64,000 bases of DNA from a bacterium (GCA_018662325.1 JABJGM010000007.1:69305-133304); one strand, 5' to 3'. Shown: positions 17,971 to 29,195, counted from the first letter of the stretch. Translations and numbers: made by a program. Notes: generated by a model not told the origin, from the letters alone.

Positions 17971-20900
17971 TTATAAGTCATCCCCTCGTTTTCTTTTACT
18001 CCTACCAGTTTTCGTTTTTCTTCTACTTTTCTTCTTTCTAGAATTTGAATTACTTTGGATCTGTTTTATTCCTCGTTTATCATTAGACCGTGTTGACGCT
18101 GAAGTCTGATAATCCTTTATTACAAATTGATAAACATTGTCATTCGAAGCAAGAACTGAACCGCTGGCATAACGTCTTACAATCCCCACAAATTCCTTAA
18201 TTTTATCTTTCAACATTGCACTTTTCTGAGGATTAGATCCTAAATCTTTTAATATAATCGCAGCTCTAATTAAAATCAATTCATATACATCTATAGTTTC
18301 TGGCATTGATTGTTTAAAGTTATTAATTATACTAGGGTTTGAAACAAAAAGAATTTGCCTTGCTTGAGTTCTAAACCTGTTAAAGTCACTTACATTATCA
18401 CCAGCAAGCTCATCCAGAACAGATTTTCCATTAAATTTAAATAATCTATCTTTATTAGCATTAAAATATGTAGAAAGATTATCGTTACCAGATTCAAGAC
18501 TATAAAAATGCTTTTGCGTTTGTTTTAATACCTCTAATTCAGAAACCAACAAATTATTAATTTCCGAAATAGTCTTCCCTTGAGCCACAGCATTGCTAAT
18601 TAAATCTCCAATTCTTCTCCTAGAATCTTCATTCGCAAGCTGTAATTCAAGAGTCCCAAGTAAACTAGGTGGCAATTGCGAAATTGAATTTTTAAACAAA
18701 GAATAAACTACTTCATCAGCAAGATTATATGTGTTTTTTAAAATCACAAGTGAGAAACAAATAGTAGTATTCAACCCTAACATTGAAAGACTCTTAATTG
18801 GCTCAATCAACTTACCACCAATATCTCCTAAAGACCTTGCTACAGCTTTCAAACTACTTTGAGCAGCCGCTGGACTAACTTCAGTACTGCCTAAAAATGC
18901 TGTCGCTTGAGTTAACGATTCACTAGCTTCAGCTAATGGCTGTAATTTAAGTTCATCAAAAAGCTCATCAATTCTTAACACTTCCTCAGCACTCATAATT
19001 GGTACTGGAGGTGGAGTATCATCAAGTACAGTAGCAGCAACCGTTGTCTCATCAGCAACACGTGTAGTAGCACTTAATTCATCAGCAACAGTATCAAAAT
19101 TTTCTACCAAGATTGTTCCTTGAGCAGAAGACCTTGCAGAAGATGTTGTAGAAGACACTTTAGAAGTTTCTGCTCGTATTATTGGATTGTGCTCTGCAGT
19201 TACAACCGGACTCAATGCTTCAGGATTTAATCTTTGAGGATTTAACATTTCCTCTAAATTAGATCTTAAATTTCTCAATCTAGGACCTACAACAACTGGT
19301 TGGTTTGATCCATCTCTTAAAAGCTCGAAACCGATCACTGTTCCTTCTTGTAAAGTAGCTTTATAAACATATAATTCTGAATCTAATTTAAAAATTATAG
19401 AAGGATTTGCATTTGATTGATAAACTGTACCATTATTATAATTAATAACTGTAAATGCATCATCAGCTGTCCCAACTTTTACCCCTACCGATTCCAAAAT
19501 TAAACTATTATTTGCACGAATATTAGCTCTAAGATTATTTAAATGTCTTGAAACATTCGAATTTACCATTCTTCCCATATATTCAGCCGAAGTATTTAAG
19601 AAATGATACTCGATACTCTCCAGCATACTCTCTAATCGAACATACATTGTATTTCTAGTTGATAGGGTAGGAATTTCTCTAATGGATCTAATTACATTTT
19701 CAACTCCTGCCTCAACAAGCAAATTATATTGAATAACATCATCGGCAATCTGTAAAGTCTCATCAAAACTCTTGAAAATTTTCCATAAATCAGCTTCTTC
19801 TATCAGCCTTATAGTTAAACGAGATTCATTTGCAAGGTTAGAAATATTTAATCTTGGATCTGAAAGATCATCAAATGACATCAAAACCTCATCTATATCA
19901 TCAACAAACGATATAGCATCATCACTTAAACCTACAGCACTAGCTCCTTCATCAACTTGACCAGCAACTGCTGGTGCAGAAGATTCAACTGCTACAGATT
20001 GCGAAGCTCTCGCTGTGCTAATAGAATCTCTATTTTTTGTAAAACTTCTAGTGGTTTCTTCAAATGCTCTATCTAAACTTCGTATAGATCTATTAACCTC
20101 TGCTGAATATTCTAATAATTCTTGGAACCTTAATTCATCTGAACCGTGCAAATACTCTGTACCTCTTCGATCTCCTCTTTGATATAAATCATCCATGGTG
20201 GCATCTATCCTTCTATCAAGAGCCTGTAATTTATTTTTTTCACGCAACAATTTTTGTTGAATCCTTATATAACGCTGATTAAAAACTTCAGCAAGTTCAT
20301 ACCGACCAGCAGCAATCTCATCTTCAATTTTACCTTGCAGTTTATTCATTGATTTTTGCATTCTATTTATAAAATTCAAATTTTTTGTAAATCTATTTCT
20401 AAAAATCAAGTTTCTTGACCATCTAAATACTCTCCCAGTGTATCCAGTACTTGTGTTTAAAAATGTATTTGTATCTAACGCAAAATTACGTGCACCATTG
20501 TATGCATTACCTACTTTTCTAGCTCCCCAAGCAACAGCTTCAGCGGGTTTTCTTATAAATGCAGTTCTACCTTCTTGAATAGCCCATCCGCCAAAACGAC
20601 TTGCAACACCTGGCACTTTTAAAGCACCCCTACCAGCGGCAAGAGTTGGCATATTTACAACCTCGTTAACAGCTTTCATTCCTTTTCCAAATCGTCCAAA
20701 TCCTCGAGCAACACCAAGTGCAAATCGAGCACCACTTGCCCTCAAACCTGCACCACGCGCAGCGGAAGACATTCTAGCACCAATTGCAGCCAAACGACCA
20801 CCATTACCTGCGGTACCAGCACCAGTAAAGTTCAATGCTAAATATCCAAGACCAGCTCCAATTGAACCAGTTGCTTCACCCCAAGAGTCAGTATTATCAG

Positions 20901-23133
20901 CTACTTCACTTGTATAACCAACAGCATCTCCAAGAGTTTGCGCACTACCTCTTGTAAATAGAGTTTGAAGATTAACAATATCCCCTAAGGCATGGGCTAA
21001 GGAATTACCATCTTGCACAGCAGTTAATAATCCACCTACAATTGTTGGCGCAATAGCACCCCATCTTGTAATGGCTACTAAAGTATTTGCAAGCGTTTCA
21101 TTTCGAAGCCAACTTGGCCAACTAGGCAACATTTCCATCATATCATGCACACTCATTTTAGCCATACTCAAACCTAAATTCATCAATTCCATGGAATAAT
21201 TTGTTTGAAACATTGCTTTGTAAGGATCACACATTGTCCATTCATAAGGAAGTATCAAACTTCCAACTTTTAAAACTAATTCACCAAGTAGTCTAGTTGC
21301 ACCCGCAATAGTGTTTACTGCAACTTTTATTGTCTGCCCTGCAGCAGTAATAATATTTCCAAGTGTAAGACCTGGAATAAAAGCTATTCTTGTTGAACAA
21401 ATAGCAGACAACCAGTTTGGATGCTGTAATTTTAATTCAATATCATCATGATCCGAATCATTTCTAGTGATTCCTTCAATCGACCTTGAAAGAGAAGTAA
21501 TACCTTCTGCAATTTGACCAATTCTACTTTCTTCTTCACTACTTCCAAATATATCATCTTTCATATCAAACATTTGCTCATACTCATTTTCCATAATCTT
21601 AAGCTTCTTATTCCCGCTTCGAATCTCATCATTCAATAATTCATGTGACAACGCAAACTTCCTTTGATCATTATCTAGTTGCCCTTTTCTAGAATCTAAC
21701 TCTTGTTTCTCAGTTGCAAACTTATTCTCTATCCTTGTTTTTAAAAATGTCTTAATAGCTTCAGGAGTACTTGCTTGTGTAGGTATTGTTATTCCAAGCT
21801 CTGTACCAATTGCCTTCAACGCAGGCACAGAATTCTGATCGTCAACCCTTTTAAGAGTATCTGTTTTTCTTGTATCTAAATCAGTTAATGCTTGAGTAGC
21901 TTCTCTTTTTTTTTGTGATAAAACATCGTTAAATTGTCCTTGTTGAGCTTCATAGCTAGATACCTGTGTAGCAAACTCTTGATTTTTTGTTTTTATCCTT
22001 GCTTTATAAGCTTCTAACATTGCATTATAATACTCTTTAAGTTTTTTAGCTTTTTCTTGAATTTGCGCTTTTCTTGCTCTCAAAAAACTACTATCAGCAC
22101 TGAACTCATTTTCACCATATGGTATACTTGCAAGTCTATTGCTATAAAAAAACATTCTAACTTTTGCTTCAAGTTTTTCTTTAACACCTCTATAAACCGG
22201 ACAAGACTCTTCTAAACTTTTAAAATAAGATGTTAAATAATTCCATGCACCAGACTGATGTTTAGTAATAAAAGCATTTAGCCCCTGCATCATAAAATTA
22301 ACTTCACTAAAAACATTCGACATATTGGACTGATATTCTTGAGCTTGACTAGTAAAAAAATTATAGTTTTGCACTGCTCCAGAAAATTGTTTAGAAACTT
22401 CAGCATTAGTCATTTCATCTGAAAATTCAACTGATTTAGGAATCTCAGAATTTAAAACAGTATCTAAATTAGTTTCATATAAATTTTTATGAGGTTGATT
22501 TAAATCTTTAAATTTTTCATTAAATTTTGTAAGTAATGTTTGGGCATCGTCTTCCATCTCACCTGTCAATTCTTCAAATTCAGCAGGTGCATCACCAGTT
22601 GTTGAGCTTTCTAGAGGAGTTAAAACACTTGGCGGCTCCCACCAATTACAATCTTCATTTTTAGAATAACCTCTAGCCTCTAACTTAGTTACTGCAACAG
22701 TTAATGAATTGTCAGTGAGTAAAGAAACATCAATTAATTTTTTAGAAGCAATCAAAGCATCAATTTTATCATCAAGATTTTCAGTAGCACTTGCTCTTGA
22801 AGTTTGAACTCTTCTTTTCACAAATGATCTAAACTGTCTAATTACACCAATTTGCTGAACAGTTGCCGCTTTAAGAGTTTCGCTCATAACAGCTTGTGAA
22901 TTATTTTGCGCCTTTAGTGCTAAATACGAAATAAATTCTGACATTAAACTTCTATCCTTATCATTATCTAGGCGACTTTCAAATAAAGAGACATATGCCT
23001 CAAGTCTTGCATTATATCTGCTTTGGTTATCTGGTTCACCTGCAACTACATCTTGACTCAACTCTACAGAATCAGCAACCATACCGATTTCCAGTCTTGA
23101 ATCTATTGATGGAGTATTATTATTTTCACTCAT
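17971..23133 (-). CDS. Giant hypothetical protein (coiled-coil region, Gly/Ala-rich hydrophobic helices, basic tail)
   Basis: 1720-aa uninterrupted ORF with its own terminator; no recognisable catalytic motif. Confidence 0.85.
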   Translation of the reverse strand: MSENNNTPSIDSRLEIGMVADSVELSQDVVAGEPDNQSRYNARLEAYVSLFESRLDNDKDRSLMSEFISYLALKAQNNSQAVMSETLKAATVQQIGVIRQFRSFVKRRVQTSRASATENLDDKIDALIASKKLIDVSLLTDNSLTVAVTKLEARGYSKNEDCNWWEPPSVLTPLESSTTGDAPAEFEELTGEMEDDAQTLLTKFNEKFKDLNQPHKNLYETNLDTVLNSEIPKSVEFSDEMTNAEVSKQFSGAVQNYNFFTSQAQEYQSNMSNVFSEVNFMMQGLNAFITKHQSGAWNYLTSYFKSLEESCPVYRGVKEKLEAKVRMFFYSNRLASIPYGENEFSADSSFLRARKAQIQEKAKKLKEYYNAMLEAYKARIKTKNQEFATQVSSYEAQQGQFNDVLSQKKREATQALTDLDTRKTDTLKRVDDQNSVPALKAIGTELGITIPTQASTPEAIKTFLKTRIENKFATEKQELDSRKGQLDNDQRKFALSHELLNDEIRSGNKKLKIMENEYEQMFDMKDDIFGSSEEESRIGQIAEGITSLSRSIEGITRNDSDHDDIELKLQHPNWLSAICSTRIAFIPGLTLGNIITAAGQTIKVAVNTIAGATRLLGELVLKVGSLILPYEWTMCDPYKAMFQTNYSMELMNLGLSMAKMSVHDMMEMLPSWPSWLRNETLANTLVAITRWGAIAPTIVGGLLTAVQDGNSLAHALGDIVNLQTLFTRGSAQTLGDAVGYTSEVADNTDSWGEATGSIGAGLGYLALNFTGAGTAGNGGRLAAIGARMSSAARGAGLRASGARFALGVARGFGRFGKGMKAVNEVVNMPTLAAGRGALKVPGVASRFGGWAIQEGRTAFIRKPAEAVAWGARKVGNAYNGARNFALDTNTFLNTSTGYTGRVFRWSRNLIFRNRFTKNLNFINRMQKSMNKLQGKIEDEIAAGRYELAEVFNQRYIRIQQKLLREKNKLQALDRRIDATMDDLYQRGDRRGTEYLHGSDELRFQELLEYSAEVNRSIRSLDRAFEETTRSFTKNRDSISTARASQSVAVESSAPAVAGQVDEGASAVGLSDDAISFVDDIDEVLMSFDDLSDPRLNISNLANESRLTIRLIEEADLWKIFKSFDETLQIADDVIQYNLLVEAGVENVIRSIREIPTLSTRNTMYVRLESMLESIEYHFLNTSAEYMGRMVNSNVSRHLNNLRANIRANNSLILESVGVKVGTADDAFTVINYNNGTVYQSNANPSIIFKLDSELYVYKATLQEGTVIGFELLRDGSNQPVVVGPRLRNLRSNLEEMLNPQRLNPEALSPVVTAEHNPIIRAETSKVSSTTSSARSSAQGTILVENFDTVADELSATTRVADETTVAATVLDDTPPPVPIMSAEEVLRIDELFDELKLQPLAEASESLTQATAFLGSTEVSPAAAQSSLKAVARSLGDIGGKLIEPIKSLSMLGLNTTICFSLVILKNTYNLADEVVYSLFKNSISQLPPSLLGTLELQLANEDSRRRIGDLISNAVAQGKTISEINNLLVSELEVLKQTQKHFYSLESGNDNLSTYFNANKDRLFKFNGKSVLDELAGDNVSDFNRFRTQARQILFVSNPSIINNFKQSMPETIDVYELILIRAAIILKDLGSNPQKSAMLKDKIKEFVGIVRRYASGSVLASNDNVYQFVIKDYQTSASTRSNDKRGIKQIQSNSNSRKKKSRRKTKTGRSKRKRGDDL

Positions 23134-23174
23134 ATTAAAAATTTAAATTATATTTTATTTTTTGACCTTACAGT

Positions 23175-23636
23175 CTATTTTTTTGATTTTTTAGGTTTTT
23201 GATTTTCTTTCTTTTTCGGACTTTTTTTCTTTGCAGTCTTATTTACAGTTTTAGATTTACTTTTTGAATCTTTCTTGGAATCTAGTTTTGAATTTGTTTT
23301 TGAAAGAGCTTCAATCATCTCGTGAGTTTTTGAAACTACTTTTTTCTGACCTCGGTCTTTCATAAAGTTTTCAAATTCCTTAAAAGGATCAATTGGCAAT
23401 TGAGCTAAGCTTTCAAGTGTACCTTTACACTCAACTTTTAAATCTAAAAGCATATCAAAAAGCTTAATTAATTCGTCACTATTTGCATTTGCACACAAAT
23501 AATCCACATCATCGGTAATTTGATCAGCTACAAAAATATAACCTTCACCCATTAACCTTTTAATGTGTTTTATAACTATCTGCCTTCTGTTTTCCTCAAA
23601 TCGAGCTTCGTGAGCCTCCCAAATTTGTTCAAACAT
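23175..23636 (-). CDS. Hypothetical protein with Lys-rich C-terminal tail
   Basis: 153-aa ORF with ATG start. Confidence 0.7.
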   Translation of the reverse strand: MFEQIWEAHEARFEENRRQIVIKHIKRLMGEGYIFVADQITDDVDYLCANANSDELIKLFDMLLDLKVECKGTLESLAQLPIDPFKEFENFMKDRGQKKVVSKTHEMIEALSKTNSKLDSKKDSKSKSKTVNKTAKKKSPKKKENQKPKKSKK

Positions 23637-23745
23637 AAACTTACGTATTAATTATTCCACTAATTATATCATACTATCAATTATCCGGCAAACAAAATTG
23701 CAATTTGATTTAAAACAGCTACACTTAAATAAATAATACACAAAA

Positions 23746-24651
23746 TTGATCCAAACCTTTCATCCCTTTTCCGATCCAGACATAATCGATATTTTGCTCA
23801 AGAATAAGCGGATTTTAAAAGCCTATAAATTTCCAGAATCAAAAATTTTAGTCTTCCAACTCAAACTCCCTTTTTTTAAAAAAGGTTACAGCTTTTTAAT
23901 CACTACAAATCTTACTCAAAAAGTTAAAAATCAACTGCCGATTTTGGCCAAAAAACACCAAGCAATTTTTGCAATTCTTGAGCCTAATCAATTTGAAATT
24001 CTAAAGGACCAAAAGCAAAATCCACCCAAAGAACCTTTTAAGTCATTAGTCCCAATTCAAACCACTGTCTTAGATCTAAATTTAAGCCAAGACGAGCTTT
24101 TAAAAAACATGCACAGCAAAACTCGCTATAACATTAAAGTCGCTAAAAAACACAATATAAAAGTCCAAAAATCCGAAAACATCAAAGATTTTTATAAAAT
24201 TCTGAAACTCACCTCCACTCGTGATAATTTTGCAATCAATTCCGAAAAATACATTCAAAGCTTTTACGAAAATTTAAAAAAGAAAAACAAAGCCCAACTT
24301 TTTATGGCTTTCAAAGACCAAACTCCCGTAGCCGGCCTAATTTGCACTTATCACAAACAAACCGCTATTTACTATTACGGAGCAAGCGATCACCAATACC
24401 GAAAATTTATGGCCCCCTATTTACTGCAATGGGAAGCTATTTGCGACGCTAAAGCTCAAGACTTTCACACCTACGATTTTCTAGGAGTCACTACTTCCAA
24501 AGACCCAAAACATCAACTTTCAGGGGTTAGCCAATTTAAACTAAAATTTAACGGTCCTGTACTAAATTTCCAAGACCGCCAAACTTTGGTTTACAAACCA
24601 TTTTTATTTCTACTTCTTAAACTAAAAAAATCTCTTAAGAGATTCTTTTAG
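23746..24651 (+). CDS. FemAB/FemX-family aminoacyl-tRNA-dependent peptidoglycan bridge ligase
   Basis: VLDL..DELLKNMHSKTRYNIKVA, YYYGAS, APYLLQWEAI, YDFLG, GVSQFKLKFNG. Confidence 0.9.
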   Translation: MIQTFHPFSDPDIIDILLKNKRILKAYKFPESKILVFQLKLPFFKKGYSFLITTNLTQKVKNQLPILAKKHQAIFAILEPNQFEILKDQKQNPPKEPFKSLVPIQTTVLDLNLSQDELLKNMHSKTRYNIKVAKKHNIKVQKSENIKDFYKILKLTSTRDNFAINSEKYIQSFYENLKKKNKAQLFMAFKDQTPVAGLICTYHKQTAIYYYGASDHQYRKFMAPYLLQWEAICDAKAQDFHTYDFLGVTTSKDPKHQLSGVSQFKLKFNGPVLNFQDRQTLVYKPFLFLLLKLKKSLKRFF

Positions 24652-24659
24652 CCAACATA

Positions 24660-25136
24660 CTATTTATGTGGAGTTTCAATAAATTCAGTTTCATCTAAAT
24701 CCTGATCACCTGTATTTTCAACATCTTCGAAATATTCCTCCTCTGCATCAACTTGATCTTGTGGATCGACAGGATCTTCAATCGATGAGTCATCTTGAAC
24801 ATCTTTATTAATGTTAACAGATTCAATATTTACATTACAGCTTTCCATCTCTAAATCTTCTTCATTCTCAAGTTCTCTATCAATTTGAATATTTAATTCT
24901 CTTACCATTTCTCGAATTTCCAAAACTTGAATCTCAATACCATCTAATCGTAGATTAATTCTATCAAATAATTCCTCATTTTGAGATTTTAAAACACGGA
25001 TATCATCTGCATTTTTTTCTGTTCTAGAATTCAATACATTGTCTTTAGTATGCAATTGACGCTTATTCATACAGTCTGTTGTAAGGAACAAACCAGCTGC
25101 TAACCCCAATGGAACAAAAGCGCTTAATCTTTTCAT
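24660..25136 (-). CDS. Hypothetical exported protein, coiled-coil with acidic tail
   Basis: N-terminal hydrophobic signal; acidic C-terminus. Confidence 0.7.
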   Translation of the reverse strand: MKRLSAFVPLGLAAGLFLTTDCMNKRQLHTKDNVLNSRTEKNADDIRVLKSQNEELFDRINLRLDGIEIQVLEIREMVRELNIQIDRELENEEDLEMESCNVNIESVNINKDVQDDSSIEDPVDPQDQVDAEEEYFEDVENTGDQDLDETEFIETPHK

Positions 25137-25166
25137 ATCTTTTATAAATTAAATAATCTACACTAA

Positions 25167-25487
25167 CTAAATAGCATCATCATCAGAGCCATTATTTGAA
25201 CTCTCTCTGATTTCTTCTCTCCATTCTGTTATTATTTCAGAAACTCTATTTACATCCTCTCTAACCATATCCATATATGCTCGAACTTGCCCTAAAATAT
25301 AATATTTGTAGGCTTCTTCACTCATTTGAGAACGAAGTTCTTGATCCCTAGACTCCTCGGGACTTAAAACTACAACTTTTTCGCTTTGTCTTTCAAGCAA
25401 TTGTTCTTTTTCCCTCATATCTCTTGGGGTTAAATCTAATTTCATTCTAGCACCCAAAATTTCAAAAAACAATTTCATAAAGTTCAA
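25167..25487 (-). CDS. Hypothetical protein
   Basis: ORF co-oriented with and tightly packed downstream of def. Confidence 0.6.
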   Translation of the reverse strand: MNFMKLFFEILGARMKLDLTPRDMREKEQLLERQSEKVVVLSPEESRDQELRSQMSEEAYKYYILGQVRAYMDMVREDVNRVSEIITEWREEIRESSNNGSDDDAI

Positions 25488-25496
25488 AAATATGAG

Positions 25497-25973
25497 CTAC
25501 ATTGCTATTTGATCTTCTAATTTATCAATAAAAAGTACCCCGTTTAAGTGATCCAATTCGTGCAAAAAAACTCGAGCATCGAAGCCTCTTAGGTTTTCAG
25601 TAATTTTTTCACCTTTAGCATTAAAATAACTTACCATACACTCAAGTGGCCTTCTCACATTTCCATAAACCCCAGGTAAACTTAAGCAGCCTTCTTCACC
25701 CAAAATAGTGTCAGTAGATGCACTTAAAACTACAGGATTTATAGCCTCAACAATTTGATTTCCAACATCTTCACGGTCTACATTTTTAGTGAAAATAAAA
25801 ATTCTAGCATTAATATCCACCTGCGGAGCTGCAATTCCAACCCCTCTTGATTTCACCATTATTTTTTTCATGCTTTCTACCAATTTCTCTAAATCTGAAT
25901 CAAAATCTAAAACCTCAGCACATCTAGTCCTTAAAATTTCTTCGTTGGCACCTTTCACTAACTTTAACTTCAT
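25497..25973 (-). CDS. def: Peptide deformylase
   Basis: GVGIAAPQ, EGCLS, HELDH. Confidence 0.97.
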   Translation of the reverse strand: MKLKLVKGANEEILRTRCAEVLDFDSDLEKLVESMKKIMVKSRGVGIAAPQVDINARIFIFTKNVDREDVGNQIVEAINPVVLSASTDTILGEEGCLSLPGVYGNVRRPLECMVSYFNAKGEKITENLRGFDARVFLHELDHLNGVLFIDKLEDQIAM

Positions 25974-26017
25974 AATTTTTCTATATTAATTTACCTTAAA
26001 TTAACAGTTTAAATGGC

Positions 26018-27388
26018 TTATAACAAGCTTTGTTTTTTAGAATTCCAAGTTTCAATATATTTTTTTACATCAAACTTTCTCTTACAACCATTGAAATTCA
26101 TAAACCTTACTTTTCCAAAAACATCTCTTTCTCCCCAAGCTCTATCATGAACTCCACAAATTGACCAAGCCACTCCCGTGTATCCACTTGGATCTCGACC
26201 ATCTAATTCATATTTATTATTCAAAAAATTAGCAATTTTTAAAGCCTGAGAAGGATCTTTTGACCACTCTAAAATTTTCTTTGCCCAATACATCCTCATA
26301 TATCCATGCATCTTTCCAGTTTTCACCATTTGCATTTGCGCTGCATTCCAAAGCTCATCATGAGTATTAGCCTCTTCAAATTCTTTTAGACTATACACAA
26401 ATTCTCTTTCATCATCCCAATGCTCAAGCAAAGTTTTTTTAGCCCAATTCGGCATCCCATCAAACTCATCGTATTTTGGATTATAAAAACAAAAATTTTC
26501 AGCCAACTGTCTTCTCACCACAATCTCTTCCACAAAAGTTTCCACCATTTCTTCTGGCAAACCTTGTTTAAATAAATCCAAAATAACTCTTTGAACACAA
26601 ATAAATCCAAAGTGTAAGTACATTGATAAATTACTCAAAACAACTTCATTCGGATCATTTCTCAATTCTGAATAGTCATTAATTTTATCTTCAAAAAACT
26701 CCTTTAAAACTTTTTTAGCAGCCCTACTTCCTGGCAAATACAAGCTTTGTGGTTCAATTGACTTATCACAAGGAATTTTCTGCAAAATTTCTTGAACATC
26801 AAAAATCTTTTGCATTTCCACCTCTACTGGATTTTTAACCTTTTTACATTCATCTAGATCATCTAAATATCCATGAAATAATCTTTTCACCTTAGGTCGA
26901 ATTGTATAAGCCGCAAATTCCTGCTTTTCAGACAAAATATAGGTTGGAATAATTGAATTATTTTCAATTTCAAAAAAAGCACAATCTAATTTTTCAACCA
27001 ACTGACTTCTCCATTTTCTTGGCAGTTTTAATGCCACAAAATCTGTATACACAGCCGCAACCTGATTCTGTTTACAAAAATTCAGCACTTCATCCACAAC
27101 ATCACCAACTACAACTTTCAAATTAATACCTCGGCTATAAGCCATCTCAGCAGCTTCTTGCAAACCCTTTAACATAAAATCATATGTTCTTAGATTTGCA
27201 TTCATAAATTCATCTGGAATCACATATAAAATCTCTAAACTCACATTTAACTCCTCAGCTTTATTAAAAGCTGCATATAAAGCCCAATTATCTTCAAATC
27301 TCCTCTGCCTATCCATCCAATATAAAACAGACTTACCAACAGCTTTTACTTCTAAATCGTTTAAGGCTCGAATTCTTTCAACTTTCAT
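26018..27388 (-). CDS. phr: Class II CPD photolyase
   Basis: VLYWM..DNWAL, LSNLSMYLHFG, MHGYMRMYWAKKILEW, DGRDPSGY, GVHDRAW. Confidence 0.95.
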   Translation of the reverse strand: MKVERIRALNDLEVKAVGKSVLYWMDRQRRFEDNWALYAAFNKAEELNVSLEILYVIPDEFMNANLRTYDFMLKGLQEAAEMAYSRGINLKVVVGDVVDEVLNFCKQNQVAAVYTDFVALKLPRKWRSQLVEKLDCAFFEIENNSIIPTYILSEKQEFAAYTIRPKVKRLFHGYLDDLDECKKVKNPVEVEMQKIFDVQEILQKIPCDKSIEPQSLYLPGSRAAKKVLKEFFEDKINDYSELRNDPNEVVLSNLSMYLHFGFICVQRVILDLFKQGLPEEMVETFVEEIVVRRQLAENFCFYNPKYDEFDGMPNWAKKTLLEHWDDEREFVYSLKEFEEANTHDELWNAAQMQMVKTGKMHGYMRMYWAKKILEWSKDPSQALKIANFLNNKYELDGRDPSGYTGVAWSICGVHDRAWGERDVFGKVRFMNFNGCKRKFDVKKYIETWNSKKQSLL

Positions 27389-27411
27389 AAATTAATTTTA
27401 AAAACTTACTT

Positions 27412-28794
27412 TTATATTTTAACCTTTAAAAGGTTATCCCAACAAGTCGTAAATGAATTAGACTTCAACCCCCTTTGCGTTTGCCATTTTTTATTAAATC
27501 CCATTGCCAAACTTAGAATCTTATCTTTACCATGTTTTTTATTAATCAAATCCCAAACTCCCATTAACTTAGAATCAAAGTCCTGCTTTTCAATCAAACC
27601 TTCACCCTCAAATAAATCCATCTGTTTACACTCAGAATCTACATCCGAAATCCCCATCAAAAAACATCCTACTTTTTTATAAGCCAAACCTGGTCTAAAA
27701 ATTTTATCTAAAGCTTTTTTTGCTAATTTCAAGATCTTCAAAGTTGAATTACTCGCTACATCTAAATTCAAAACCAAGCTATTACTATAATACTCACCTC
27801 CATTTTTAAAAGGATTAGTTCTTACAAAAACACCCACACTCAAACACACGGATTTTTGATCTCTTAATTTTTCACAAGCTCTCGCAACATAATTACTCAA
27901 AGCCTCTTGCAAAACTTTTAAATCCACTTCATCTTTCGCAAAAGATTTCGAACTAATTATCGACTTCTTATTCCGAATACTCAACTCCAAATCAATGCAT
28001 GATAAAGCCTTTAACTCATTTTGAGTACGCACACCACACACCTTCATTTTCTTCCGAACAAATTCCATATCTAAATTAATAAAATCATAAGCGGTCATTA
28101 CACCTTTGCTCTTTAAAAAAGATGCATATTTTTTTCCAATTCCCCATATCTCACCTATGTCTATAAGCTTTAAAATTTCATCTCTATACGCCTCTTTGAT
28201 TCCAAATACATTCATACTCATCCCAGGGACGTTTAAAACCTTAGGCTTGATATTGTGTCCTTTAAGACCCTTTTTAAAGTTAAAAGACTGCTCCTTTTTT
28301 AAAACTTCTTTTTGCAAATAACTATTAAGCTTACAAAGCGTCTTAGTTTCAGCTATCGAAACCGTAATTGGAATCCCTAACTCTCTTAAAACAACGCTCC
28401 TGATTTCCATCGCATAATCTTCCAAAAAATCTTTTTCAACATGTGATAAATCTAAAAAAGCTTCATCTATAGAATAAACTTCTAAATTAGATGTAAAGCG
28501 CTCCAAAACAGACATTACACGCTTAGACAAATCAGCGTAAAGTGCATAGTTAGAGGAAAAAACAGCTACACCATGATCTTGTACAATTTTTTTACACTTA
28601 AAATAAGGCTCCCCCATTTTAATACCTAAAAATTTTGCTTCATTAGATCTTGCAATCACACAACCATCATTATTAGACAAAACAACCACAGGTTTAAATC
28701 TTAAAGCCGGATTAAACAACCTCTCGCAAGATACATAAAAATTATTACAATCCACCAAAGCTATTGGTCTTTGTTTTTTATACTTGAAATCCAT
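27412..28794 (-). CDS. umuC: Y-family DNA polymerase V catalytic subunit
   Basis: [34 protein letters not shown] clamp motif. Confidence 0.95.
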   Translation of the reverse strand: MDFKYKKQRPIALVDCNNFYVSCERLFNPALRFKPVVVLSNNDGCVIARSNEAKFLGIKMGEPYFKCKKIVQDHGVAVFSSNYALYADLSKRVMSVLERFTSNLEVYSIDEAFLDLSHVEKDFLEDYAMEIRSVVLRELGIPITVSIAETKTLCKLNSYLQKEVLKKEQSFNFKKGLKGHNIKPKVLNVPGMSMNVFGIKEAYRDEILKLIDIGEIWGIGKKYASFLKSKGVMTAYDFINLDMEFVRKKMKVCGVRTQNELKALSCIDLELSIRNKKSIISSKSFAKDEVDLKVLQEALSNYVARACEKLRDQKSVCLSVGVFVRTNPFKNGGEYYSNSLVLNLDVASNSTLKILKLAKKALDKIFRPGLAYKKVGCFLMGISDVDSECKQMDLFEGEGLIEKQDFDSKLMGVWDLINKKHGKDKILSLAMGFNKKWQTQRGLKSNSFTTCWDNLLKVKI

Positions 28795-28799
28795 AAATA

Positions 28800-29195
28800 T
28801 TAACTTTTAAATTTATTTAAAACCGTAGTCACAACTCCCCAAACTTCAAAGTCCATACCCTCAACAATCTCAATAACTTTATATTTCTTATTACCTGGAA
28901 CTAAAAAAACTCTGCCCTGTTTCTTCACAAAAGTCCTAACCGTAAACTCCCCATTCAAAACCACTACCACAACCTTATGTTCGAAAACTTTAATAGAGCG
29001 ATCTATAATTAAAATATTATCTGAAAAAATCCCTAAATCTTTCATGGAATCTCCCTCAACTTTCATAAAAAAAGTTGAATCTTTTTGTTTAATTAAGAAT
29101 TTATTTAAATCTAAATTATCTTCAATATAGTCATCAGCAGGAGAAGGAAAACCAGCAGAAACACAAGATGTCAGAAGTGGCAATTTAATATTCAT
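28800..29195 (-). CDS. umuD: Pol V subunit UmuD (S24 family), catalytic Lys replaced by Arg
   Basis: [29 protein letters not shown]; directly upstream of umuC. Confidence 0.92.
   Translation of the reverse strand: MNIKLPLLTSCVSAGFPSPADDYIEDNLDLNKFLIKQKDSTFFMKVEGDSMKDLGIFSDNILIIDRSIKVFEHKVVVVVLNGEFTVRTFVKKQGRVFLVPGNKKYKVIEIVEGMDFEVWGVVTTVLNKFKS

Noticed and set aside
17971-18040. Basic tail as a eukaryotic NLS and terminal GDDL as an ER-retention signal
   Set aside because: Lys/Arg-rich tails are common in this AT-rich proteome (also at 23175 and in rpsP), and there is no evidence of a eukaryotic host
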